Source: a bacterium | GTDB taxonomy: Bacteria > Patescibacteriota > Minisyncoccia > Phycocordibacterales > Phycocordibacteraceae | Assembly (NCBI GenBank): GCA_037200965.1 | Contig: JBBCGK010000001.1 | Span: 672,001 to 736,000 of the forward strand | Length of the DNA: 64,000 nt | Direction of reading: 5' to 3' | Part shown: positions 7,900 to 16,031 of the stretch, piece by piece | How positions within the stretch are numbered: the first letter of the stretch is position 1 | Layout of the letters: each line of letters starts with the position of its first letter | Notes under the pieces: model-generated | Told to the model about the DNA's origin: nothing | Database searches by the model: none | What the model saw: the letters and a program-made list of their open reading frames with translations, nothing else | Position numbers and translations under genes: made by a program

Positions 7900-8358
7900 A
7901 TGCAGTTCAACAACCTCAAATCGAATCACTCCCGCCCGAAAAGCACCGTCGTCGGACGCGGCGGCAAGCGCGGCAAGACTTCCGGACGCGGTGGCAAGGG
8001 CCAGACCGCGCGTGCGGGCCACAAGATACGGCCGGAGATGCGCGACATCATCAAGAAGCTCCCGAAGCGCCGCGGATACGGCAGGAACCGCAGCCGCACC
8101 GTCCGTCGCGACCGCGGCGGATACGCGCCGGTCAATCTCGCCGCGCTTGAGGCGACGTTCGCCGCGGGCGACGCCGTCACCCCTTCGATCCTCGTGAAGA
8201 AGGGTCTCGTCCGGGCCCTCTCCGGCCGCGCCCCGCTCGTGAAGATCCTCGGCACCGGGGAGCTCACCAAGGCGCTCTCCATCTCGGGATGCGAAGCGTC
8301 CGCGAGCGCCAGGAAGGCGATAGAGGCTGCGGGCGGCTCGCTCGTATCCCATGCTTAA
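7900..8358 (+). CDS. rplO: 50S ribosomal protein L15
   Basis: MQFNNLKSNHSRPKSTVVGRGGKRGKTSGRGGKGQ glycine/lysine-rich L15 N-terminus. Confidence 0.9.
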   Translation: MQFNNLKSNHSRPKSTVVGRGGKRGKTSGRGGKGQTARAGHKIRPEMRDIIKKLPKRRGYGRNRSRTVRRDRGGYAPVNLAALEATFAAGDAVTPSILVKKGLVRALSGRAPLVKILGTGELTKALSISGCEASASARKAIEAAGGSLVSHA

Positions 8359-9625
8359 CGCCTTTTATCACAAGCTCAAGCTCACCTTCAGCGACGAGGC
8401 GTTGCGCACCCGCATCTTTTTCCTCGTGGCCGCGCTCGCCGCGTTCCGCTTCCTTGCCGCGATTCCGATTCCGGGTGTCAACCACGATGCGCTCACGCAG
8501 TTTTTCGCGAACAACCAGTTCTTCGGCCTTTTGAACGTCTTCTCGGGCGGCGGGCTCTCGCATCTCTCGATCGTGATGCTCGGGGTGGGCCCCTACATCA
8601 CCGCGAGCATCATCATGCAGCTCGGGACCGCGGTCTCCCCGCGCCTCAAGGCCCTCTATTTCGAAGAGGGCGAGGCGGGCCGCGCGAAATTCATCGAGTG
8701 GAGCCGCATCATTACCATCCCGCTCGCGCTCATCCAGGGCGTCGCGTTCCTCTTCCTCCTTCAGAGCCAGGGCATCATCGAGCCGCTCTCTGCCGTGGGG
8801 CTTGTCGCGAACGTGCTTCTGGTCGCCGCGGGCTCCCTCCTTCTTATGTGGCTCGGAGAGCTCGTGACGGAATTCGGTATCGGCAACGGCGTCTCGCTCA
8901 TCATCTTCGCGGGCATCGTCTCGCGCTTCCCGTCCGAGCTTTCCCAGCTCCTCTTCACCGCGACCGCGGCGAACATCCCGGCGTATCTCGGTTTCGGGGC
9001 GCTCGCGCTCGCGGTCGTCTATGCCGTGGTCGTAGTGTCGGAGGCGGAGCGCTCGATCCCGATCGCGTACGCACGGGCGGTCCGCGGCGCGGCGCTCACG
9101 AGCGGCGCGGCGACCTATCTCCCGCTCCGTCTTCTTCAGGCGGGCGTGATCCCGATCATCTTCGCGCTCTCGCTCCTGCTTCTCCCGCAGATGGCGCTTT
9201 CGATACTCGCCGCGGCGAAGATTTCCTTCTTCGTCGGCGCGAACGCCTGGTTCGCCGCCTTCATCGCGAACCCCTGGGCTTATGGCGCCGCGTACTTCGC
9301 GCTCGTCGTCCTCTTCACGTATTTCTATACCTCGATCACCTTCGAGCCTAAACGCGTCGCGGAGAACCTTCAGAAGTCGGGAGCCTTCGTCCCCGGAGTC
9401 CGTCCCGGCCGCGAGACCGAAAACTACATCAGCGCCGTCGTCTCCCGCATCACGCTTCCGGGCGCCGTGTTCCTCGGCCTCGTCGCGGTCGTGCCGTTCA
9501 TCATCCAGGGGCTCACGGGCGTCACGGCCTTCCTCGTCGGCGGTACGGCCCTCCTCATCGCGGTGCAGGTCATTCTCGATCTCGTACGGAAGATCGACGC
9601 GCAGGCATCGCTTCGGGAGTATTAA
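8351..9625 (+). CDS. secY: preprotein translocase subunit SecY
   Basis: 424 aa, 10-TM pattern with conserved SecY blocks; canonical position after rplO. Confidence 0.95.
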   Translation: MLNAFYHKLKLTFSDEALRTRIFFLVAALAAFRFLAAIPIPGVNHDALTQFFANNQFFGLLNVFSGGGLSHLSIVMLGVGPYITASIIMQLGTAVSPRLKALYFEEGEAGRAKFIEWSRIITIPLALIQGVAFLFLLQSQGIIEPLSAVGLVANVLLVAAGSLLLMWLGELVTEFGIGNGVSLIIFAGIVSRFPSELSQLLFTATAANIPAYLGFGALALAVVYAVVVVSEAERSIPIAYARAVRGAALTSGAATYLPLRLLQAGVIPIIFALSLLLLPQMALSILAAAKISFFVGANAWFAAFIANPWAYGAAYFALVVLFTYFYTSITFEPKRVAENLQKSGAFVPGVRPGRETENYISAVVSRITLPGAVFLGLVAVVPFIIQGLTGVTAFLVGGTALLIAVQVILDLVRKIDAQASLREY

Positions 9626-9642
9626 AAACTCTACCTATCGTC

Positions 9643-9670
9643 AAACAGCCGGAGCGTGCTCCGGCTGTTT
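9643..9670 (+). terminator. putative secY terminator hairpin (13-bp perfect stem AAACAGCCGGAGC/GCTCCGGCTGTTT)
   Basis: Perfect inverted repeat 18 nt after the secY stop, ending in UUU. Confidence 0.5.
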
Positions 9671-9695
9671 GACATTGAGAGCGAATCGTTATATT
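9669..9695 (+). promoter_or_regulatory. sigma70-like promoter: TTGACA, 15-nt spacer, TATATT; overlaps the end of the secY terminator
   Basis: Consensus -35 with an AT-rich -10, ~35 nt upstream of the ORF starting at 9728. Confidence 0.4.
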
Positions 9696-9727
9696 TTTGC
9701 CGCAGATACCAAGTTTGCGAGGTTCCC

Positions 9728-10117
9728 ATGCTCTCCCTGCTCCAACTGTTCGGGTTCGGCGCAAGACCGAAAAAGCCCGTACCGTCTCCTTTGCCCCAAC
9801 ATAGCCGGGATGCGGTCTCACTTCCTCGGGTGCTCGAAGAAGCGCGTCGGTCGTGCCTGAACGATGACGGCACGATCAGTGTGAAGAAGCTCCGTTCGAT
9901 ATTTCCCGTGCTCTCGCCTTTTTATATCGTCTTCAACGAAAAAGGAAAGGCACAGGCACAAAGAGAGGGGGTAGTCTACAACCGACCGAACCTGTCGAGT
10001 GTGTTCGCAAGCCCGGATTCGGGCATGCCGGTGGTGTGCGGTTACCTGTGCGTTGTCATTGAACGCACGCCGGATTACATGCTGGTCGACCGCGAATTCA
10101 ATCTCAGGCTGAGATAA
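9728..10117 (+). CDS. hypothetical protein (~129 aa)
   Basis: ORF beginning at the internal Met (MLSLLQLFGFG...), preceded by GAGG. It lies between the promoter at 9669 and the terminator at 10151. Confidence 0.35.
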   Translation: MLSLLQLFGFGARPKKPVPSPLPQHSRDAVSLPRVLEEARRSCLNDDGTISVKKLRSIFPVLSPFYIVFNEKGKAQAQREGVVYNRPNLSSVFASPDSGMPVVCGYLCVVIERTPDYMLVDREFNLRLR

Positions 10118-10150
10118 GCGTTATCGGTTCTCAGGTATCGTTCGAAAGTC

Positions 10151-10187
10151 CGCGGGCCAGCCATTCGGCTGGCCCTTGTTTGTTTTT
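10151..10187 (+). terminator. rho-independent terminator (stem GGGCCAGCC/GGCTGGCCC, loop ATTC, then TTGTTTGTTTTT)
   Basis: Canonical GC hairpin followed by a U-tract, located between convergent genes. Confidence 0.7.
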
Positions 10188-10752
10188 ACGCACTAGCGCT
10201 TTGCCAGCCGCGAAAGGCGCCAAGCACCATAGCGACCACAGTCTCCAGATTATTGTGCGTCGTGTTGATAACCGCGTCGAACTGGGTTGTATCGTACACG
10301 TTCACTCCGTAGAGTGCGGAATAGCGCCGCGTCTCGCTTGCCGTTCTGACTTCCGTATTTTCCCTGATCTCGGCAGCTGAGGATCCTTCCTGGCTCACCC
10401 TCCCTTGATCGCGAATATGGGCATAAATTCTTTCGGCCGCGCTTTGCGGATCGACATAGAGGAACACTTTGAATGATTCGGGAATCCAGTGAAAGGCAAG
10501 CCGGGAGTCTATGACGAGCTTCTCCTTCCCGTTCATGTTTTTCAGGAGTTCGTCCACTCCGTGATCGACATCGTTGCGCTCTTCAAGCGAAAGATTCATC
10601 GCCTCGATGGAAAGGCCGCGCTCCGCGGCTATCTGGCGGAACAGGTCGCCCGAGGAGAAATGTTCGTACCCGAGTGCGGCGGCGACCGCTTTGGCCGTGG
10701 AAGATTTACCGCTACCGATAGAACCCGCGATCGTGATGATTTGAGGCTTCAC
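10186..10752 (-). CDS. cmk: cytidylate kinase
   Basis: MKPQIITIAGSIGSGKSSTAKAVAAALGYEHFSSGDLFR: P-loop plus a CMP-kinase N-terminus. Confidence 0.8.
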   Translation of the reverse strand: MKPQIITIAGSIGSGKSSTAKAVAAALGYEHFSSGDLFRQIAAERGLSIEAMNLSLEERNDVDHGVDELLKNMNGKEKLVIDSRLAFHWIPESFKVFLYVDPQSAAERIYAHIRDQGRVSQEGSSAAEIRENTEVRTASETRRYSALYGVNVYDTTQFDAVINTTHNNLETVVAMVLGAFRGWQSASA

Positions 10753-10800
10753 GTTTCCGTGATTATAGCCGCACCAAGCCTTTTTTGCTACACTCCCCGT

Positions 10801-11388
10801 ATGACAGACTCAGGCGCCCTGGGCGCGGTGCTATTCGTCGGCAGGCCTGGATCCGGCAAGGGTACGCAGGCGCACATGCTTGCCGCACGCCTTGGCTGGC
10901 CGCTTTTTTCCTCGGGCAACCACTTCAAAGACCTTATTTTGAAGGCTACGCCGCTTGGCGAGCGCATACGCGACGACTATAACCGCGGCAAGCTTTCTCC
11001 GGACTGGATCGCCGATTATTTCTTCGAGGAAGCGATTCTTTCGCTTCTCCCCGGGCAGGGGCTCGTTTCCGAGGGCTTCCCCCGGTCGCTTCCGCAGGCG
11101 GAACTCGCGGACGAAGTGCTTGCGTGGCTCGGGCGTCCCTACAAAGTCATACACCTCGCCGTATCCGAAGACTCCGCCCTTACGAGGCAGCTCGGGCGCG
11201 CGAAGACGGAACATCGTCCCGACAGCGATGCTGATGAGAAGATACGGGGCCGGTTCGACGTTTACCGCACCCATACCGAGCCGGTTCTGGATTTCTTCAG
11301 GACGCGAGGCGCGCTCATAGATATCGACGGAGAGAAGGCTCCCGAACAGATCGCATCGGATATCGCGCGCGCCCTGGAACTTTCATGA
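10801..11388 (+). CDS. adk: adenylate kinase (short, lid-less type)
   Basis: VLFVGRPGSGKGTQAHMLAARLGWPLFSSGNHFK...; canonical position before map. The upstream part of the long ORF is rejected because it overlaps cmk. Confidence 0.85.
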   Translation: MTDSGALGAVLFVGRPGSGKGTQAHMLAARLGWPLFSSGNHFKDLILKATPLGERIRDDYNRGKLSPDWIADYFFEEAILSLLPGQGLVSEGFPRSLPQAELADEVLAWLGRPYKVIHLAVSEDSALTRQLGRAKTEHRPDSDADEKIRGRFDVYRTHTEPVLDFFRTRGALIDIDGEKAPEQIASDIARALELS

Positions 11389-12161
11389 TCGTACGTACGC
11401 CGAAACAGCGGGAAGACCTGGTGGAAGGAGGCAGGCGCATAGGCGAAGTGCTTGCCAAGGTCGCGCGTGCGGTCGTGCCGGGAATAACGACCGAAGAGCT
11501 CGATGACCTGGCCGAGAAGCTCATACGCGACCTCGGTGACGAGCCGTCATTTCTCGGCTATCAGCCGGAAGGCGCCCGGCGCCCGTTTCCGGCAACGCTG
11601 TGCGTTTCGATAAACGACGAAGTGGTGCATGGCATTCCAAGTCCTTCGAGGAAACTCAAGACGGGCGATATCGTAAGCCTCGACCTCGGGCTTACTCACC
11701 ACGGCCTCATCCTCGACTCCGCGGTTACGGTACCCGTGGGGAAGGTGAAACCCGAGCTTCTCGAGCTTATCGCCGCGACGGACGCGGCCCTTGAAGCGGG
11801 TATCGCCGCCGCAAGGCCCGGCAACCGCACGGGCGATATCTCCCGTGCGATCGGCGAAGCATACAAAGGTACGGGCTTCGCGATCGTGCGCGTCCTTGGA
11901 GGACACGGGGTAGGCGAGCATGTGCATGAGGAGCCTTTCATCGCGAACTACGGCAAAGGAGGCGACGGCGTCGATATCGTGCCGGGCATGGTGCTCGCGC
12001 TCGAGCCCATCGCGACTCTGGGGAAGGCGTCCGTCGTCCTTTCTCAGGACGGCTACACCTACCGCACCAAGGACGGCTCCGCCGCCGCGCACTCCGAGCA
12101 CACTATTTTGATAGAAGAGAAGGAAACTGTTGTACTTACGAGAAGGCCGGGGGAGGTATAA
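11385..12161 (+). CDS. map: methionine aminopeptidase, type I
   Basis: 258 aa; metal-ligand blocks (VVHGIP, DIVSLDLG, HGVGEHVHEEP, LALEP). Confidence 0.9.
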   Translation: MIVRTPKQREDLVEGGRRIGEVLAKVARAVVPGITTEELDDLAEKLIRDLGDEPSFLGYQPEGARRPFPATLCVSINDEVVHGIPSPSRKLKTGDIVSLDLGLTHHGLILDSAVTVPVGKVKPELLELIAATDAALEAGIAAARPGNRTGDISRAIGEAYKGTGFAIVRVLGGHGVGEHVHEEPFIANYGKGGDGVDIVPGMVLALEPIATLGKASVVLSQDGYTYRTKDGSAAAHSEHTILIEEKETVVLTRRPGEV

Positions 12162-12169
12162 TATTTCGT

Positions 12170-12733
12170 ATGAAACGAGCCGTACTTGTACATGGGTGGG
12201 ATGGAGGACCCGACCAGGATTGGTTCCCTTGGCTTGCAGACGAACTCAAGAGCCGGGGCTACGAAATAGTCGCCCCACAACTCCCGGTGCCAGAAGAGCC
12301 CCGCAAAGAACGTTGGGTACCGGCGCTCGCGGAAGCCGTCGGTACATCTAATACAGAGACATTTTTTGTCGGGCACTCAATGGGATGCCAGACGATACTT
12401 AGATATCTCGAGACGCTCTCGGAGCGCGGTACCGTTGGCGGCGCACTGTTCGTTGCTGGTTTCCTCCACACGATAAGAAATCTAGAAAATGCTCGCGACG
12501 AGGAGATTGGGCGTTCGTGGACCGATGCCCCGCTCAATCTCACGCATGTGCGATCGCTCTTGCCGAAAAGCATCGCGCTCTTCTCCGATAACGACCAGTG
12601 GGTGACGCTTGATAACACGGCTGCTTTCGAAGAAGGACTTGGTTCGGAGATTGTCGTCGAGCATCAGCGCGGACACTTTACGGAAGAAATCGAGCCCTCG
12701 GTACTCGCCGCCGCCCTGCGTCTCCTCGCATAA
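12170..12733 (+). CDS. alpha/beta-fold serine hydrolase (YdeN/RBBP9-like)
   Basis: GHSMGC nucleophile elbow; ~190 aa with a HGWDG start typical of this small esterase family. Confidence 0.65.
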   Translation: MKRAVLVHGWDGGPDQDWFPWLADELKSRGYEIVAPQLPVPEEPRKERWVPALAEAVGTSNTETFFVGHSMGCQTILRYLETLSERGTVGGALFVAGFLHTIRNLENARDEEIGRSWTDAPLNLTHVRSLLPKSIALFSDNDQWVTLDNTAAFEEGLGSEIVVEHQRGHFTEEIEPSVLAAALRLLA

Positions 12734-12791
12734 GCACCTTCATCAATCCTTCAAGCCCATGCTGTAAAGTAGCGAGGTTACTCTCTAACTT

Positions 12792-13043
12792 TTGCACATG
12801 GCAACTATCGTGAACAATCCGGGACCCGAGCGTATCGTCGAAGTGGAGCGTCCTTCAGACTCAAGCGGCTGGGCGGTCGCCGTCATCGTGCTCGTCATTA
12901 TCCTCGCGGTCGGCGCCTTCTACTTCCTGCGGTATCGTCCCGCTCCGGCGCCGCAGCCCCAGGGCGCGAACATCAACGTCACCCTTCCGATACCGGAGGA
13001 GAACGGCGGGAATACTCCCGCGCCGGCACCCGCAAATCCGTAA
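12792..13043 (+). CDS. small membrane-anchored protein with a Pro/Ala-rich tail
   Basis: Single TM (WAVAVIVLVIILAVGAFYFL) followed by low complexity. Confidence 0.35.
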   Translation: MHMATIVNNPGPERIVEVERPSDSSGWAVAVIVLVIILAVGAFYFLRYRPAPAPQPQGANINVTLPIPEENGGNTPAPAPANP

Positions 13044-13138
13044 AGATCGCGCGCGTATCAAAGAGAAGCGCCCGCGCTAGCGCGGGCGCTTCTCTTTCGC
13101 TATACTGCCCGCATACCTTTAATTCATTCGACAGCATC

Positions 13139-13747
13139 ATGGCAACGCATCCGCAATACGAGAGAACCCTTGTAATCGTGAAGCCCGACGGGGTGCAGCG
13201 CTCCCTTGTCGGAGAGATCATCAGCCGCTATGAGCGCATGGGCCTTAAGCTGGTCGGCATCAAGATGCTCGTGCCTTCGGCGGAGCTCGCGGAGAAGCAC
13301 TATCTCGCCGATCCGAACTGGCGCATGACGGTCGGTACCAAGACCATCGCAAGCTATGAGAAGAAAGGCGAAACCCCGCCCTCGACCGATCCGCTCGTCA
13401 TCGGCGGCATTATCCTCGAGTCGGTGAAGAAATACCTCACTGCGGGCCCCGTCATCCCGATGGTGTGGGAGGGCGCGCATGCGGTCGAGGTCGTGAAGAA
13501 GATCACGGGCGGTACGGAGCCACGAACGAGCGACGTGGGCACCATCCGCGGCGACTTCATGCTCGACTCGTACCCGATGGCCGATCTCGACAAGCGCGCG
13601 ATCAGGAACCTCGCGCACATCTCCGGGAATCTCGACGACGCGAAAGTGGAGATCCCGCTCTGGTTTACGCCTGAGGAACTCGTCGAGTACAAGCACATCC
13701 AGGAGCATATCCTCTATAACGAGGATATGGGCGGGGCATTGAAATAA
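13139..13747 (+). CDS. ndk: nucleoside diphosphate kinase-like protein with a ~40-aa insertion
   Basis: ERTLVIVKPDGVQRSLVGEIISRYERMGLKLVGIKM is the NDK N-terminus. It is 202 aa versus the usual ~140, and the catalytic-His region reads NLAHISGN instead of NxxHGSD. Confidence 0.7.
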   Translation: MATHPQYERTLVIVKPDGVQRSLVGEIISRYERMGLKLVGIKMLVPSAELAEKHYLADPNWRMTVGTKTIASYEKKGETPPSTDPLVIGGIILESVKKYLTAGPVIPMVWEGAHAVEVVKKITGGTEPRTSDVGTIRGDFMLDSYPMADLDKRAIRNLAHISGNLDDAKVEIPLWFTPEELVEYKHIQEHILYNEDMGGALK

Positions 13748-13764
13748 AAAGCAAAGGATAGCGG

Positions 13765-13800
13765 AAAGCCGCGCTTCTATCTAAGAGCCGCGGCTTTTTA
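13765..13800 (+). terminator. putative intrinsic terminator (stem AAAGCCGCG/CGCGGCTTT followed by UUUUU)
   Basis: Hairpin plus U-run ~20 nt after the ndk stop. Confidence 0.5.
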
Positions 13801-13807
13801 TCCATGG

Positions 13808-14389
13808 TTATGTCTTGTCGGGGTCGTGCTTATCAATATCGTCTGTTCTCATTCCAAAGTTGTCCAGGCACAGATTACGAAAATAAATCGCACCTACACG
13901 CCTCAAGATACCCATACTGGTGCCCTTTTCGAACGCGAACTTCTTTAATTGGTTGTCAAATTCGGGCGCGAGTACAAGAAGGTCAAAAGCTTTGAAAATA
14001 TGCTTTTGAACTTCATAAGGATTTGTATTTCTTTTTTCTTCACACAGCTTCATCAATTCGTCTTTATGGGCAGCAATATATTCTTTCCACCCACTCTCGA
14101 TGAGCCATTCTTCTCCAAGGGGTTTGAGATTGACAGGCGATCCCTGCCCGAATGCCGGGGCAGGAGCGCTTGCGTTATCAGTGGATACTTGCAAATCGTG
14201 CAAGGCATCTTTCACCCATTGCATGGATGTTTCAAGCGCGGTAAACCGGCCGTTTGAATACCAGGCGATACCCAGGAGCGCTGCCATGAGGCCAAGAAAG
14301 TATTCCCAACCTATGTGAATGGTAACGCCGTCCATATAACCGGCAGTATACACTGTCCCTATATAACGTAGGAATAAAGCCTGAATCAT
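13808..14389 (-). CDS. hypothetical protein with an N-terminal TM helix; lies in an AT-richer patch
   Basis: Coherent ORF from MIQALFLRYIG...; the upstream extension to 14554 lacks support. Composition differs from neighbouring DNA. Confidence 0.45.
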   Translation of the reverse strand: MIQALFLRYIGTVYTAGYMDGVTIHIGWEYFLGLMAALLGIAWYSNGRFTALETSMQWVKDALHDLQVSTDNASAPAPAFGQGSPVNLKPLGEEWLIESGWKEYIAAHKDELMKLCEEKRNTNPYEVQKHIFKAFDLLVLAPEFDNQLKKFAFEKGTSMGILRRVGAIYFRNLCLDNFGMRTDDIDKHDPDKT

Positions 14390-14584
14390 AGAAAAGTGGA
14401 CGTAAGGTTGTCCACAACCTATTTCCTTGGTCGGGCGTATACTGAATCCGGGCCGCCTTAAAACGCAACTGTTTACACATTCGGGAGCCTGACATTCTCC
14501 CCGGCTGGCGAATCCTTTCCGGAATCCGACGCCGCGGGCAGCAAGGGCACCCACCTGGCACTACAGTTGCCTACTGGCGGTCCG

Positions 14585-14618
14585 CGAGAAAATCCCGCAG
14601 AAGTGCGGGATTTTCTCG
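14585..14618. promoter_or_regulatory. 15-bp perfect inverted repeat (CGAGAAAATCCCGCA gaag TGCGGGATTTTCTCG) in a divergent intergenic region
   Basis: Seen directly in the sequence, 16 nt upstream of the ATG at 14634. Candidate operator or 5'-UTR hairpin. Confidence 0.4.
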
Positions 14619-14633
14619 TGCTAGAGTTTCTAC

Positions 14634-16022
14634 ATGCCGTTTCGCATCACTCCCTATGGCGGAGCCGATTCCGTCACCGGTTCGAACTTTCTGATAGAAG
14701 GAAGCGGCGGCGGGAAGATTCTCGTCGACTGCGGCATCGAGCAGGGGAGGGATGTTTCGGAGGCGGATACGTACGCCCCTTTTCCGTACGATGCGTCCCA
14801 GATAGACGCGCTCGTGATAACGCACGCGCATCTCGATCACGTGGGCCGCTGCCCGAAGCTCGCAAAGGAGGGATTCAGGGGCAGGGTATATATGACGCCG
14901 CCGACGCGCGATCTGGCGGAACTTATCCTTCGCGACAGCGCCGGCATCCTCGCGCAGGAAGCGCAGATGCGGCATCTGCCCCTTCTTTATACCGACGAGG
15001 ACGTGACGCGGTTCTTCTCGCTCGTCGAAACGCTCGAATACCACACGGAGAAAGAAATCGCTCCCGGCCTTTCGGTCTGTCTCCGGAACACCGGCCATAT
15101 CCTCGGCTCCGCAAGCGTCCGGATACGGGATGCGTCGGGCTCCTCCCTCGCCCTTACGGGCGACATCGGCAACTCGCCCTCTCCCTTTCTTCCCGACGCC
15201 GAACCGATTCCGGACGCCGGCGCCCTGCTTATGGAAAGCGTGTACGGCGACCGGCTGCATCCGCACCTTGCCGATCGTGTCGCGGAGCTTCGCGATACCC
15301 TGAAGCGGGCGATAGCGCGGGGAGGAACCATTCTCATCCCTTCGTTCTCGATGGAGCGCACGCAGCTCATGCTCTACGAATTCTCGAACCTCATGGCCGC
15401 GGGAGAGATCCCGAAGATTCCCGTATTCCTCGATTCCCCGCTCGCGATCGGCGTCACCGCCGTATACGAGAAATGGGGAAGTACGTATTTCAAGCAGGAG
15501 GCGAAAGAGGAGCTCGAGCGGGAAGGCAGCATTTTCAATTTCCCGTTTCTCAAGATGACATCCTCGCGCGAGCAGTCGGAGGGAATTGCGGCCGCGCCTG
15601 ACCCGAAGATCATCATCGCGGGGGCGGGCATGAGCCACGGAGGGCGCATAGGGGCGCACGAGGCCCGCTATCTGCCGTTTCCGACGACGACCCTCATCAT
15701 GGTCGGATACCAGGCGCCGGGGACTCCCGGGCGGCTCATGCAGGAAGGCGCTCCTTCCGTGCGGCTCGGGGGCCGGGAGGTGCGCATACGGGCCAAGATA
15801 GAGACCCTGTCAGGCTGGTCGGCGCACGCGGACCGCGACGGGCTCATGAAGTTTGTCGAAGCCTGTCTTCCGGGGACGAAGACGTTTTTCGTCGCGATCG
15901 GGGAGCCTTCCGCCGAGCGTTTCCTCGCCCAGCGCATTCATGACACCTTCAGTGTTCGCACTATCGTACCGGAGACGGGGGAGGGGTGGGAGATAGGGAA
16001 AGATTCGATTCATAGGGTATAG
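14634..16022 (+). CDS. MBL-fold beta-CASP RNA-metabolising hydrolase (RNase J / CPSF-like)
   Basis: HAHLDHVG metallo-beta-lactamase motif, a beta-CASP-like C-terminal half and a late His (SAHADRDGL). Confidence 0.75.
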   Translation: MPFRITPYGGADSVTGSNFLIEGSGGGKILVDCGIEQGRDVSEADTYAPFPYDASQIDALVITHAHLDHVGRCPKLAKEGFRGRVYMTPPTRDLAELILRDSAGILAQEAQMRHLPLLYTDEDVTRFFSLVETLEYHTEKEIAPGLSVCLRNTGHILGSASVRIRDASGSSLALTGDIGNSPSPFLPDAEPIPDAGALLMESVYGDRLHPHLADRVAELRDTLKRAIARGGTILIPSFSMERTQLMLYEFSNLMAAGEIPKIPVFLDSPLAIGVTAVYEKWGSTYFKQEAKEELEREGSIFNFPFLKMTSSREQSEGIAAAPDPKIIIAGAGMSHGGRIGAHEARYLPFPTTTLIMVGYQAPGTPGRLMQEGAPSVRLGGREVRIRAKIETLSGWSAHADRDGLMKFVEACLPGTKTFFVAIGEPSAERFLAQRIHDTFSVRTIVPETGEGWEIGKDSIHRV

Positions 16023-16031
16023 TCTTGCTAT

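Noticed and set aside
14571-15659. 362-aa minus-strand ORF overlapping the beta-CASP nuclease gene
   Set aside because: Antisense to a gene with clear metallo-beta-lactamase motifs; no RBS; typical GC-frame artefact.
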